From Eledone cirrhosa (Eukaryota), in contig OZ024745.1 of the NCBI GenBank assembly GCA_964016885.1, positions 103,602,001 to 103,666,000 of the forward strand: a stretch of DNA of 64,000 nucleotides, in the 5' to 3' direction. A program made the position numbers and the translations under genes. Below, one piece after another: positions 26,090 to 40,992 of the stretch. Below the pieces are notes generated by a model. The model ran no database searches and had not been told where the DNA came from. It worked only from the letters and a program-made list of their open reading frames with translations. Numbering within the stretch: the first letter of the stretch is position 1; each line of letters begins with the position of its first letter.

Positions 26090-27618
26090 AGTACACATAA
26101 AACGATGACGATCATAAACATTTTAACCCTTTAGCATTTAAACTGGCTGTATCCAGCCAGAATGCTCTCATCTCTTACTGTTCAAACTGGCTTAGCCAGC
26201 TGTTCATACTGATGTTAAGGTATTGTTCTCAAAATAAATAATATCAAAATCTCATAGATTCGATATTATGTGAAGTAAGCCTTTACCACAAAAATACAAT
26301 AGTAAATATAGAGTAATGTAAATGCTAAAGGGTTAAAATAAATATTGTTGTATCATAGAACCAAAGACAGTTTCAGGTAGTTAAGTATCAAATGAGTAAA
26401 GCAGTGACACCATTACAAATTGTCCAAGATTCAATTAGTTTACAGTTTTAGATTCAACTGCTCCTTTAACCCTTTAGCTTTTACATTATATATACTATTA
26501 TATTTTCACACTAAAGGCTTTATCTTACATAATTATCTCACATAATATTGAATCTATGAGATTTTTGTATTATTTATTTTGAGAACAATACCTTAACATC
26601 AGTATGAGCAGTCAGTTACAGCTGGTTTGAACAGAAAGAGGTGAGAGAATTCTGACCGGATACAGCCAGTTTAAATGCTAAAGGGTTAAATAGACCCCAC
26701 AAAGGGAAAATATACCCTGCTGTTTCCTCGACAGTACACTACATAGACACAGACTCTTTTGATGACCCAATGAATTAATCTGTTGACTGCTGTATATATT
26801 TTACACAGCTACAGTTGCTCTGCTGGATTTATTTTCAGTAAAATAACTATTTTTTTAAACAAATATTTATTAACAGCACATATTTGAATGATTGACAAAC
26901 ATCACATCAATAAACTAGTAACTCCATCTAGCTTTGAAGTTATGAACTGTTTGAAATGAGTTCAAACATGTTAGGATGAGTTATCTCATCTACGGCGCTG
27001 ACAAGGTTAACCCTTTAGCATTTACATTACTCTATATTTACTATTGTATTTTCGTGGTAAAACCTCACATAATTATCTCACATAATATCGAATCTATGAG
27101 ATTTTGATATTATTTATTTTGAGAACAATACCTTAACATCAGAATGAGTGGCTAGTTATGGCTGGTTTGAACAGAAAGAGGTGAGAAAATTCTGGCCAGA
27201 TATGACCGGTTTAAATGCTAAAGGGATTCACTACTCACTACAGTGTTTCCTTTATCAATGTCTTTTTGCTGTTGCTGTTGTTGTTGTTGGAGATATTTTA
27301 TTAAGCACTTCCATTGTTTCCTTTTTTCAAAAATCTTTTTTTTTAGAATCAAGTTTCTCATCAGAAAAGCATATGCAGCAAATTTGGATTTTAATAAATT
27401 GGAATTTTTTTTAAATTAGATATTGCTGTTACACTAGTTCCTTCCTTTTTGTTTTAATCAGTTGCATCATTTAAGACATCTAACATAAATGGATCAATAT
27501 TTCAATATTTCTATTTTTTTAAACCATCTAATATTAGGTAGAATACACTTTAGCTTGTCAAAATTTTTGGTATTGCATCATGAATAATCTATATACATGT
27601 TCATTCATCATTTGTGAA

Positions 27619-27698
<80 letters not shown>

Positions 27699-27717
27699 AT
27701 ATATACACATATGTATG

Positions 27718-27781
<64 letters not shown>

Positions 27782-27849
27782 GTGTGTGTATATATATATA
27801 TATATATACATATATGTTTGTAATGTGTGTGTATATATATATATATATA

Positions 27850-28557
27850 GTGTATGTGTGTGTGTGTATATATATATATATACATAATGTGTGTATGTAT
27901 ATATATAATGTGTGCATGGCTTAGTGGTTAGAGCATTGGCCTTGCAATCGAAGGGTTGTGAGTTCAATTCTCAGACCGGGTGATGTGTTGTTTCCTTGAG
28001 CAAGACACTTTATTTCACATTGCTCCAGTTTACTCAGCTGTAGAAATGAGATGATAGGGACTGGGGTCTATATCATTCCACTGATAATGATGATGATGAT
28101 GATGATATAATATACACACACATTATATATATATATATAATATCTATATATACACACACACATTCATCATTTCATTTTCATCATCATCTCATTTTACGTC
28201 CACTTTTTCCTTGCTTGCAAGGGTGGGAATGGGTGGGCTTGGTCTCTACAGCTGGATGCCCTTCCTAACACCAACCTCATTTACAGTGAGTGCTGGGTGT
28301 TTATTTACAAAAGCACCTGCACGACCACTTTGCAGTGGAATGATATGGACCCCAGTCCCTATCATCACATTTCTACAGCTGAGTAAACTGGAGCAATGTG
28401 AAATAAAGTGTCTTGCTCAAGGAAATAACACATCACCCGGTCTGAGAATTGAACTCACAACCCTTCGATTGCAAGGCCAATGCTCTAACCACTAAGCCAT
28501 GCACACATTATATATATATACATACACACATTATGTATATATATATATATACACACA
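27850..28557. repeat. Local inverted duplication of a SINE 5' part plus its flanking microsatellite
   Basis: 27850-28083 mirrors 28333-28557, including cataatgtgtgtatgtat...taatgtgtgcatggcttag. Confidence 0.85.
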
Positions 28558-28982
28558 CTACCCCTACCCCCACCGCCATCTACACCACCCCTTTCGATAT
28601 AAAGCTATGTTGGTACCACAACATCCAGTCCTAAATAAATGGGGTCGTGTAGGTATCACGACAAAAAAACACACAGTCGATGCTGTAATGTGGCCGTGTA
28701 GGTAACACGGTAAAAACCTCCCAGTCCACACTGTAAACATGGTTGGCGTTAGGAAGGGCATCCAGCCGTAGAAAACCCGCCAGACAGTCCTATACGAGCA
28801 GGACAACCACTCTTGTCTCAAGTGGGAAAACTCCCGTCGAAACCCATGCAAGCGTGGAAGATGGACATTAAACGATGATGATGATGATGATGATATATAT
28901 ATATATATATGATGTGTGTGTATATATATAATGTGTGTATATATACATATATATATAATGTGTGTATGTATATATATATATA

Positions 28983-29041
<59 letters not shown>

Positions 29042-30709
29042 ATATATATATAGTGTGTGTATATATATATATATAGTGTGTGTGTGTGTGCTGAAGGCAT
29101 GGGAAAGTGTGGCTGTTATTCAAGTAGGTTCACTAAAACGTCAGTGGTGTTTCTTGTATAAAATCAACTCATATTAGTGCAGTCAATAAAACAACATTAT
29201 AACACTCTTGTTGCTGCAGATATTGTTGTTGTTGTTGTTGATGATGATATCAATTATAATGATGATGAAGCCATTTACATTCTGAGGTGTGATTTTTTTT
29301 TTTTTTTTTTTTTTTTGCATATTTATTCATATGCATGAAAGCAGGTATATGTGCACACACATACACACTCATATATTTATATCATTGGTGCTCATGTACA
29401 AATGTGTGTGTGTGTATTTGAAGGGGTTGCTCCGATTTTTATTAAGATCATCAATGTCAGCACTGTTTAACATCCATTTTCCATGCTTGAATTGGTTAGA
29501 TGGGTTGTCATGTTATGAGGCTAGCCAGGTCAAGTGACCACCTCTTGCTCATATAGATCTGCTTTGGGGATTGGTTTTTTATGGTTGGATGCACTTCCTA
29601 ATGCCATCTACAATACAAAATATATTTGTTTCTATGTTTGGCACAAGGCCAGTAATTACCCAGTGCATTACTGGTACTTTATTTTATCGACCCCGTAAGG
29701 ATGAAAGGCAAAGTTAACCTCGGCAGAATTTGAACTCAGAATGGCAAGGGTCGTAACGTCAAATATGGCGTCCGACCCTCTACCAATACTGCCAATCCAC
29801 CGCCCTTACAAAATATATTGGGAACATTTTACATGGAGGACTGGATGCTTTTCCATTGTAGCACCAGCATGACCTTCTTATAGGGCGGACTAGGTGATTT
29901 GTTGTCATGGCACCACTAAGACCTCTTTAAGGGGTGGACTGGGTGCTTTTCTTCATAACACCCGAACAACTACCTAACAGGGCAGACAGAGTATTTTTTT
30001 GCTACGGTCCCAGCATCACCGCCTTACAGAGTGGACTGAATGATAGCCATGCTGGGACACTGCCATCTATTTATATATATTATACTTGTCATACACTTGA
30101 CATATTTCCTCCTCCTTCTCTCCTTAACATATCCCCTTTTCAACACCACCACAACTGGCATTATACTCCCACCAACTATTGTCATTTACCAATAACATAC
30201 TTATCTTTCTTACCTCCCCCCCCCCCACCCTCTTCCCCTTAAATGCACCCAGTACACTCTGTAAAGTGGCCTGTGTAAGGAAAGGTATTCAGCCATAGAA
30301 ACCATGCCAAAATATGGAACATATGAGCAACATGTGGTTTTGACATGTCTAGTCTCATTGTGACAACCTAGCTATGCATTAGGGTGAGGGAGGGCTCCAG
30401 TATAATAGGCTACTGGATCAGCCTAAATAATAACACATCCTATGAGCGAGACACAGTCACCCGACCCAACTTGCCTCTAAATGGGACAAACCCGTCTAAC
30501 CCATGCTAGTGTGGAAGATAGACATTAATCGATGATGATGATGTTGATGATATATATATATCCCACGTTGTTGTCACCCCACTCCTACATTTACCTCCCC
30601 CACCCAAGTCCCTAATCCACACTATAAAGTGATCATCTTGGTGCCACGACAATGAGCACCCAATCCATACCGTAAAGTGGTCATATAGGTGTCAAACAAA
30701 AAGTGCCCA

Positions 30710-32976
30710 GCCTACACTGTAAAGTGGTTGAGTAGGTGTCACAGCAAAAAACACTCAGTACACACTGTAAAGTGGTTGTATAGGTGTCACAACAAAAACA
30801 CTCAGTACACACTGTAAAGTGGTTGAGTAGGTGTCACAGCAACAAACACTCAGTACACACTGTAAAGTGGTTGAATAGGTGTCACAACAAAAAACACTCA
30901 GTACACACTGTAAAGTGGTTGAGTAGGTGTCACAACAAAAAACACTCAGTCCACACTGTAAAGTGGTTGTGTAGGTGTCACAGCAAAAAACACTCAGTAC
31001 ACACTGTAAAGTGGTTGTATAGGTGTCACAACAAAAAACACTCAGTACACACTGTAAAGTGGTTGTGTAGGTGTCACAGCAACAAACACTCAGTACACAC
31101 TGTAAAGTGGTTGAGTAGGTGTCACAGCAAAAAACACTCAGTACACACTGTAAAGTGGTTGTATAGGTGTCACAACAAAAAACACTCAGTACACACTGTA
31201 AAGTGGTTGAGTAGGTGTCACAACAAAAAACACTCAGTCCACACTGTAAAGTGGTTGTGTAGGTGTCACAGCAAAAAACACTCAGTACACACTGTAAAGT
31301 GGTTGTGTAGGTGTCACAGCAACAAACACTCAGTACACACTGTAAAGTGGTTGTGTAGGTGTCACAGCAAAAACACTCAGTACACACTGTAAAGTGGGTG
31401 TGTAGGTGTCACAGCAAAAAACACTCAGTACACACTGTAAAGTGGTTGTGTAGGTGTCACAACAAAAAACACTCAGTACACACTGTAAAGTGGTTGTGTA
31501 GGTGTCACAGCAAAAAACACTCAGTACACACTGTAAAGTGGTTGAGTAGGTGTCACAACAAAAAACACTCAGTACACACTGTAAAGTGGTTGTGTAGGTG
31601 TCACAGCAACAAACACTCAGTACACACTGTAAAGTGGTTGTGTAGGTGTCACAGCAACAAACACTCAGTACACACTGTAAAGTGGTTGTGTAGGTGTCAC
31701 AGCAACAAACACTCAGTACACACTGTAAAGTGGTTGTGTAGGTGTCACAGCAACAAACACTCAGTACACACTGTAAAGTGGTTGTGTAGGTGTCACAGCA
31801 AAAAACACTCAGTACACACTGTAAAGTGGTTGTGTAGGTGTCACAGCAAAAAACACTCAGTACACGCTGTAAAGTGGTTGTGTAGGTGTCACAACAAAAA
31901 ACACTCAGTACACACTGTAAAGTGGTTGAGTAGGTGTCACAGCAACAAACACTCAGTCCACACTGTAAAATGGTTGAGTAGGTGTCACAGCAACAAACAC
32001 TCAGTCCACACTGTAAAGTGGTTGAGTAGGTGTCACAGCAACAAACACTCAGTACACACTGTAAAGTGGTTGAGTAGGTGTCACAGCAACAAACACTCAG
32101 TACACACTGTAAAGTGGTTGAGTAGGTGTCACAGCAACAAACACTCAGTACACACTGTAAAGTGGTTGAGTAGGTGTCACAGCAACAAACACTCAGTCCA
32201 CACTGTAAAGTGGTTGAGTAGGTGTCACAGCAACAAACACTCAGTCCACACTGTAAAGTGGTTGAGTAGGTGTCACAGCAACAAACACTCAGTACACACT
32301 GTAAAGTGGTTGAGTAGGTGTCACAGCAACAAACACTCAGTCCACACTGTAAAGTGGTTGAGTAGGTGTCACAGCAACAAACACTCAGTCCACACTGTAA
32401 AGTGGTTGAGTAGGTGTCACAGCAACAAACACTCATTACACACTGTAAAGTGGTTGAGTAGGTGTCACAGCAACAAACACTCAGTCCACACTGTAAAGTG
32501 GTTGAGTAGGTGTCACAGCAACAAACACTCAGTACACACTGTAAAGTGGTTGTGTAGGTGTCACAGCAAAAAACACTCAGTACACACTGTAAAGTGGTTG
32601 TGTAGGTGTCACAGCAAAAAACACTCAGTACACACTGTAAAGTGGTTGTGTAGGTGTCACAGCAAAAAACACTCAGTACACACTGTAAAGTGGTTGTGTA
32701 GGTGTCACAGCAACAAACACTCAGTACACACTGTAAAGTGGTTGTGTAGGTGTCACAGCAACAAACACTCAGTACACACTGTAAAGTGGTTGTGTAGGTG
32801 TCACAGCAAAAAACACTCAGTACACACTGTAAAGTGGTTGAGTAGGTGTCACAGCAAAAAACACTCAGTACACACTGTAAAGTGGTTGAGTAGGTGTCAC
32901 AGCAACAAACACTCAGTCCACACTGTAAAGTGGTTGAGTAGGTGTCACAGCAAAAAACACTCAGTACACACTGTAA
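30710..32976 (+). repeat. 48 bp minisatellite, about 47 copies, continuing into a family C 3' end (to about 33138)
   Basis: Unit cagtacacactgtaaagtggttg(t/a)gtaggtgtcacagcaa(a/c)aaacact. Confidence 0.97.
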
Positions 32977-33164
32977 ATGTGGTTGGCATTAGGAAAGGCA
33001 TCCAGCTGTAGAAACCAAGCCAAAATCATTTCTGTGTGAGCAAAACATGGTCCTCTGACCTGGCTTGTCTCATAACAGGACAGCTCATCTAACCTATGTT
33101 AGCATGGAAAATGGACATTAAATAATGAAGGTGATGATGCAAACTTGACTGTCACCACTGAATA

Positions 33165-33203
33165 TGAACCTGAAGATTGCGAAAACATGAAAGTACTTGT
33201 TCA
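33165..33203 (+). ncRNA. Minimal type I hammerhead ribozyme
   Basis: tgaac CTGAAGA ttgcgaaaacat GAAA gtaCTT gttca; palindromic stem III AGTACT, weak stem II. Confidence 0.55.
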
Positions 33204-33480
33204 ATTAACACTTAACATTTATTATTCTACCATACTATTTCATTATAATATCATTATCATTTTAAAGGATTGTAAATAAAACGAGTAAATCAGACAAAGT
33301 TGGAATTCCTTTTATTAATATAATATTCTATACATAATCATACACACCCGTGTATATTTATTTATTTCTATATATCTATATCATCATCATCATCGTTTAA
33401 CGTCCACCGTCCACGCTTGCATGGGTTTGGAGTATATATATATATATATATATACATACACACACACACATATATATATG

Positions 33481-33543
<63 letters not shown>

Positions 33544-35267
33544 TATATATATACACACACATGTAGCCACATGCATAAGTAGATATGCAACTGGTATCTC
33601 ACCCACAAATACATACACACATAACCATTTATAGCATCACCTATAACCTTAAGACATATTTATAGCATTTTACAGGCATCTGTTCAAGCAATAAATGAGA
33701 TATTTTAAAGCAGGCATTTTTGAAATTACTGGCATGTTTCTCTCTTTCTTCTGCCTTCTTTCTTTTCTTTCTCTTCCCTTTCTTCCTCTCAATGTCTATT
33801 TATATCTCATTCTCTTGCTGTTTTCTTTTTACTTTTCCTCTGTTTCTCTTTCCATTCTTACTCCATCTATTTGTCTGCTGTTCTCATCTCTTTTGGTTTT
33901 TATCTTTTTTGTTCACATTGTTCTAACTTCAGCTATGTCACAGAGTACTTAATGTTTAATCTGCTAAGATGTGACAAAGCCTAACTAAGCTTTTTCACCA
34001 ATTTGTTTTGTTTTGTTTTGATACCAATGCACCAGATCCTTTTGTATCATGGCACCGCCCTTGTTTTATGATATAAAAAACATTTTTAACCCTTTAGAGT
34101 TTAAACTGGGCATATCCGGCCAGAATTCTCTCACCTCTTTCTGTTCAAACTGATGTTACAGTATTGTTCCCAAAATAAATAATTGTTTCTACTTTTGGCA
34201 CAAGGCCAGCAATTACCCAGTGTATTACTGGTACTTTATTTTATCGACCCCGTAAGAATGAAAGGCAAAGTTAACCTCGGCGGGACTTGAACTCAGAATG
34301 GCAAGAGCCGTAACTCTATGCGTCAAAGCATGGCGTCCGACCCTCTACCGATACTGCCAATCCACCGCCCAAAATAAATAATATCAAAATCTCATAGATT
34401 CAATATTATGTGAGATATTATGTGAGATAAAGCTTTTACCATGAAAATACAATAGTAAATATAGAGTAATGTAAATGCTAAAGGGTTAAAGTGTGTTAGT
34501 TATATTTAAGTTTAAACCTTATAGTCAGTTTTATTAATAAAAATGTAAAAAAATCATAAATCTATTTCAAATAACAACAACACTACAGATATTGAAGGGA
34601 AGGACAAGGGCTGTAGGGTTACAGAAAAATGGGAGGGGGAAAGGGAGTGTAATAGGCTCTAGGACTAGGGCATGGCGGTGTTTGGGCTGTACCCCATGGA
34701 CAAGACAGCAAAAGCTATAATTTTGTGATAGGGAAACATTTTTTTTAAAGTTATCCTCCATAAATCAGGTCAATCAGGAAGAAATTTACTAAATCCATCC
34801 AGATCCTTCATTATTTTAGAATTTAATTAAAACAAACCTTTTTTTTTTTTTTGGAGTGGGGGGATAAAATTATGACCATAAAATGTTAATGCATACCAGC
34901 AAACCAATAGCTATATTTTTTAATTAGAAGTTTGCTGACCCTCAGTCACACCCAACCTGGTGGTACCTTCAAATACTCTTCTTATATGACACACATATCC
35001 CTTCATCTCAAACTTTACAACCGTAACCAGCTCAAAGACCCAGTACAAAGACACTCACAACTGTAGCTTTATTTCTGCCATCCTCATCTACAACATTACT
35101 TGTAAATGTTACAATGCATTATACAGAGGCGAAAGGGGACACTGTTTAGGTAACCATTTTCATGAATATCTTCAAAGCACTCTTTGCCACACTCAGGGCA
35201 GACTTGTGGAACAACATTCAAACTCACCTGCTCATTCTGTTAACCATCTCTTGGTGTCTGCACTTCC

Positions 35268-35485
35268 TCTTTCTTCTTCTCTTCTTCTTCACCCACTTAT
35301 TCCTGGGGGGGGGGGGGGAAGAGTCCTCAAATACTCCTTCCAGTGGGTCCTGTCAGAAGCAACCGTTGTCAACTGATCCAACTGAACCCCTAAGTGTGAC
35401 CAGCCAAGCTCATGGATGTTATCCAACCGTCTTGCTCGGGGGGGGGGGGGGGGTCTACCCCTGGCTCTCCTGACGGTTGGTTTTT
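35268..35485 (-). mobile_element. Short LINE 3' fragment with TSD tgcactt
   Basis: Homologous to 11915-12115; (CTT)n tail on the plus strand. Confidence 0.75.
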
Positions 35486-36454
35486 GCACTTTCTTAACAC
35501 CATAATTCTTCTCATCCTCATAAATCTGCAAAAAGTAAAGAGAAGTGATACTTGGCATGACATCACTTTATGACCTTAAAGAATGATTCTTGTTTTCTTA
35601 AAAGAAGTTGTGTATATAATTTTTAAATCAACTCTTGACCCACTGACACCATTTCTTTCTTCCTCCTCACCTTTCCTTTCATGTAATATTTTCCTATGAC
35701 AATTACTGTCATCTTCAACCACACTGAAGTTTAGCACTGTGCTGAATCAATCTCTAGACAGGCATAAGATCATATCCATTATTTACAAACACACACAAAC
35801 TGAACATTGTCACTTGTGTACAGTGACCTCTAGATTCACACCCATACAACTGTATTCACTATTCCCCCTTCCCACCTCCACCTCCATATACTTTGTCCTT
35901 TGTATCCATTGACTTCTACTTATACAATACAAAATGTATATTTTTTTATTTTTTTATTTTTTTATTTTTTTATTTTTTTATTTTTTTATTTTTTTATTTT
36001 TTTATTCCTGTTTTTATTATAATACCAGCATCCACTCCATACATTCCTCCTCTCTACCTCCTCTCACTCTCCTCTTCCCCTGTCCCTCCCCACTCTCAAT
36101 CTGTCTTTGTATAAAATAGATAAAATGCATCCAGTACACTGTTTAAGATGGTTGGTGATTGAAGACTTTTCAACCTCTTTTGTGTTAGTACCACAATAAA
36201 ATCCTCTTCAGTACAATATATAAAGTGACTGATATTAGGAAGGGCATCCAGTCATAGAAACCATGCCAAATATGGAATGTTCAAAGAAGGTATGGTTTTT
36301 CAACCTGTCTAGGAGGGCAACAATTACAAATAAGAACTGTTTAGAACTGTGACAACCCATCCAATACACACCAATGTAGAAAATTGATGTAAAATGATGA
36401 TAATGAATGGTAATGATGAATACTATTTAAATCCCTTTGTTGAAAAATATTTTC

Positions 36455-36670
36455 TCTGAAATGAAGATTCTGTACTAAAATGCCAGATTCATCTCCTCTC
36501 CACATCACATGAACTTATCTCAGCTAATAAGCTTCCTTAAATCATTTTTTTCCATTACTGGTTACTGTCAGTTTCTTTAAAATGAAGATTCTGTCCTAAA
36601 ATATCAGATTCATCTTCTCCCAACTTCATATAATTTATTCAAACTAATGAACTTCTCAATATCATTTTTT
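36455..36670. repeat. Diverged tandem duplication, period about 121 bp
   Basis: aaatgaagattctgt(a/c)ctaaaat..cagattcatct occurs twice. Confidence 0.75.
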
Positions 36671-37274
36671 GCAATGTTAACTACTCCCTCTTTCATCAGG
36701 ATCTATTTTTTAAACCTTTTTTTCTTCTTTAATCAAACACTTATAATCCTTTTGATACCAACCCAACCATAATTGGTTCTAGTCCTATGAAACAAAAACC
36801 ATTCATTTTAAAAGATTCCTATTTAAATTTAAAATCTCTCAGCAAATTTTATATAAAAACCATATGTTAAGTTACTATTTTTGTTATAAAATAATTAATA
36901 ATTTTAGCAAATTCCTCAAAATTCATTATCAATTAATTGAAATAGAGTTGTATTTCATTGGAAATACAATTGTGAAAGAGTTAAGACATATTCATATTCT
37001 CACTATGTTCTTTTCTTTGTCAACTTCCTTTTATGATATTTCACAGATGTCAATTTGTATTTCATCAAGTTTCAAGCTGTTTTAATTTATTATTAATATT
37101 AGTAAATCTGACCATCCTCCTACACGAACTACACTCCTTTTAAAAAATACTGATCCATACAATGAGAGAGCTTTACTGAAGTTGTCAAACAATATACTAC
37201 AACTGACAGCAACTACAATAGTATATCAAACTATAATTTTCTTAATTTAATCGAGGGAGTCTTCTAAAGTCTAA

Positions 37275-37535
37275 AGTCTGTTTCAAGCTTGAGGCTCATC
37301 AGGCCAGTGCTTATCCCGGTTTCCATGGCATTAAGTGACTGAAAGTACAAGACTCCCTCTGGACAGGACACCGGTTCATCGCAGGGTTAAACCCCCAACT
37401 ACTGCTGGTACTCATTTTCAGCTGAGTATACTGGAGTAACGTGGTGAAGTGTTTTGCTCAGGAACACAACACACAACCCAGTCCAGGAATTAGGATCATA
37501 TGTCCAACATACTTACCACTAGGCCATTTACCTCC
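37275..37535 (-). mobile_element. tRNA-derived SINE, separate family
   Basis: Minus strand: tggcctagtggtaag head, gtgttcctgagcaaaacactt core, ctgcgatgaaccggtgtcc...ggaaaccgggataagc tail. Confidence 0.7.
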
Positions 37536-40500
37536 ACCCAGGTAGTCTTGTTCTACCTCTTATATTTAGTAGTTTATGCTTATGTTTCAAGACACTTTGA
37601 AATACTGAAAAAAATATGCAACTCTATAGTCAACTTATAGTTTAGCAAGAGAAGCTTCTATGTGGTTGCTTGAGATCCTGGAAATAACACCTAAATCTCC
37701 CTCAGTTAACAGCTTACCATCTTTAAAATAAAAGGTTTGGACACATTGGACAAAGTAGTCCTGGATATACAAAAAGGTTGGATGGTCATGCCTGGAACAT
37801 CTTTGGTCATAGGTTTAACTTAAGACAAAACAACAACCAAGCTGGAGTTTATAGATTCATTTATCAACTTATCAATTACCATTATCAATTCATCAGTTTA
37901 TCTAATAATAATTTATCTTTTTATCATTTTTTTAACATATTTATTTATATTTTTTAAATGTTCTCTGTGATCTGCTGCTATTTGTATAGATGTATAGATT
38001 ATTGGTTCTGTAAAAGCCATAGTGACAGCTTTGAATATTTCCTGCAATAATGTTTGTTACTAAGTACAAACAATGTAATTAGTTCAAAAAAAGGTCTCCT
38101 GGAAAGTTGCAGATTTTTCTATTTAGATCAATTCATAAAAACATAATCAACTAATATACATGTCTACAAAATAATGAACCAAGTTCATGAAAGTACATAT
38201 CTATATTGATCAATCAATAATAAATATTATAAAAGAGAAATCTAGTGCACCTGCAGATCAATACAATTTTTGAAAAGATATAAAACAGATCAATATCCAT
38301 AACATGCTTTTATCATAGATATCAGAAAGTCGATAAGATACCTATTAGTTAAAAAATACAAAAAACAAAAACAAAAACAAAAAAAATCCCAATGGTCTTA
38401 GCTTAATTTCTATGTCAGGCTTTAAAGGTGTTCAAATGTCTCCTTGCTTTGCAGGATAGATCTGAAAAGCTGTAATTATAGTGTAAATGTTATGATACAG
38501 GTATTTAAAAAAAGGAAATGAATAAGTGTTGTGTAATAATTGTTTCCTTCCTCTGTCTGATCCATACTATGTTAAGTGGTCATTTTATACTGGGTTTCCT
38601 TTTGATCTCTGATCTGCATAAGATTTCAATCAGAAGATTACATCAACATTAACACAACAAACATTGATTCTCTCACCCAGAAATACTTCATATTAGTTAG
38701 TCATACATAATATAGTGAAGCCATTAACTCCTTTTATACTAAAATCCCTTGATACCTCATCTGGTTTTATGGTACAAAACTGTTTGTTTTCGTATCTTCA
38801 TATTGAGAGCTGGATTTCGAGTTGATGAGGCCTGACTCTATATAATCCTTGGGGGCCCCTAGTTACAAAAGGACACCAGCAGGTCTGAAAACATTAAAAA
38901 TACAATATTCTTTTAGGTCCATGCAGATTATAAGACACTAAGCTGTAGCTGGTTTAAATTATGCCTATATCTGACACGGTTTCCATCATAACTCTGCATA
39001 AGACATTTTTTGGTTAAATGATATTTCAAACACCAGTTTAATGACAGAGATGTGGTGGTGGTGGTGCTACTGCTGCCATCATCCAGTCTGTGAATCGAAA
39101 CCACAACCTTATAATCACAAGCACAGTACACACTAGGTCACACACCTTCACTTATGTACTTTTTTTAATGTTGAGTTTGTAAATTCAAAAATTAGCGTGT
39201 GAAAATTCAGCAGCTAATATTTTACTAACAATAACTGCACCAAGATATAGGAATTATAGGAGATTTTTTTTTTTTTTTTAGTTAATAAGACTAAAAAAGC
39301 AAAAAGACAAGAGTACCAAAATACTTGTGACAGGTTTTGAACTTATGATCTATAGTAGAGATGTCTATTGTTTAAAACACTAAACCAAGCTGATTTTAAA
39401 ACTGTAATAATATATTAAATCTAGAAAGAAATCTTTGCACAAGAACCTATATGTCAGGAATCTATTCAACACAAAAGCCTCTTTAATTATTTGTTTATCT
39501 ATGACTTCATAGATATTAAATTATCAAACTTAGTTCATGAAAGCTTTATTAAATTATTCCATATAACCACTAGAGAAATTTAAAATATATTAAAACATGG
39601 CTTGTGTGTCTTCTTCAAAGAGTGGCCTCTAAAATATACTTTCTTCAAAAATACTTAACAAGGCAATGATTTCCAATGTGAATTGTAGACCACTTTGAAA
39701 AACAAATATCAACACACACACAACAACAACAAATTATATAAGTTATAATATGAGGCATATTAGTTATAAGGATAAATGCTGGATATCTTGCTATGATTAT
39801 AGGTTCAGATATTACAACTGACAGCTTTTTTTAATATATATATATAATAAAAAAAGTATATATAAACCTGTATTATTAGTACAGATTAAACTTTAATATA
39901 TATATATATATATTTAATCAACATTTAACATCCATTTTCTATGCTAGCATGGGTTAGATGAGCTATCCTGTTGCGAGGCAAGCCAGGTCAGATGACTGTG
40001 TTTTGCTCATACAGAGCAGTTTCTGGCTTGGTATCTATGGCTGGATGCCCTTCCTAACACTAACCACATTTACATTGTGTATTGGGTGCTTTTTGTCATG
40101 GCACTTACATGACCACTTTACACTGTGGACCACTTTGTATGTATATTTATATATATATGTATATATATAAAAGGATAAAGATTTCATAACTCCTTGTGGA
40201 GTGATAGAGACACCATCATAAGGCGTGTCTAGGGCCCTTTTAAAGCTGGCAGAGCCCAACCTTCTCCAGGTATGAACATAGCTGATTTTTTTATAGACCT
40301 CGAAAAAATGAAAGACAAAGGTGACTACTGTGTGATTTGAACTCAGAGCGTGCAATGAGCTGGGATGAATATTGTAAAGCATTCTATCCGACATCTTAAC
40401 GAGTGGATGTTTAAATATTCTGATATTTTTTATTAGAAAGAAAATCAACATAAAATACCTTTTTTCATCAAGTAATCCTGGAAGAAATCCCCTAAATGGA

Positions 40501-40992
40501 ACTCTGTTAAGACATCTCTGACAAACAATAACAAGAACAACAAAAACAATAATTGTTTCTGCTTTTGGCACAAGGCTAGCAATTATCTCAATGCATGACT
40601 GGTACTTTATTTTATTGACCTCGTAAGGATGAAAGGCAAAGTTAACTTCTGCAGAATTTGAACTCAGACCATAAAGGGACGTAATTCTATACAAAAACAC
40701 TAATTATTTCTACTTTTGGCACAATGTCGACAATTATCCCAGTGTATTACTGGTACTTTATTTTAAAAAATCACTGGAGATCTCACCCCACCTTAATATT
40801 ACTTTCTTTCTCCTCATATTTCATTTTATTTGCAGCACCATTTCTTCTTATATTGTTTCTTTTATTTCTGTTATATTCTTTTTTGCTTTTCTTTCATTAG
40901 TTTTAGTCATTAGACTGTAGCCATGGTGATATTTGAACTTAGAATGTAAAGAATAAAAAAAAAAAAAGATAGCACAAAGTATCGTACTCAAT

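Noticed and set aside
30755-33011. Long Cys/His/Lys-rich ORFs; CRISPR-like periodicity
   Set aside because: Pure 48 bp tandem repeat with no unique spacers; frames are open only because the unit length is divisible by 3
37270-37305. CTGATGA...GAAAC on the minus strand
   Set aside because: Part of a SINE tail; stems I and III do not form
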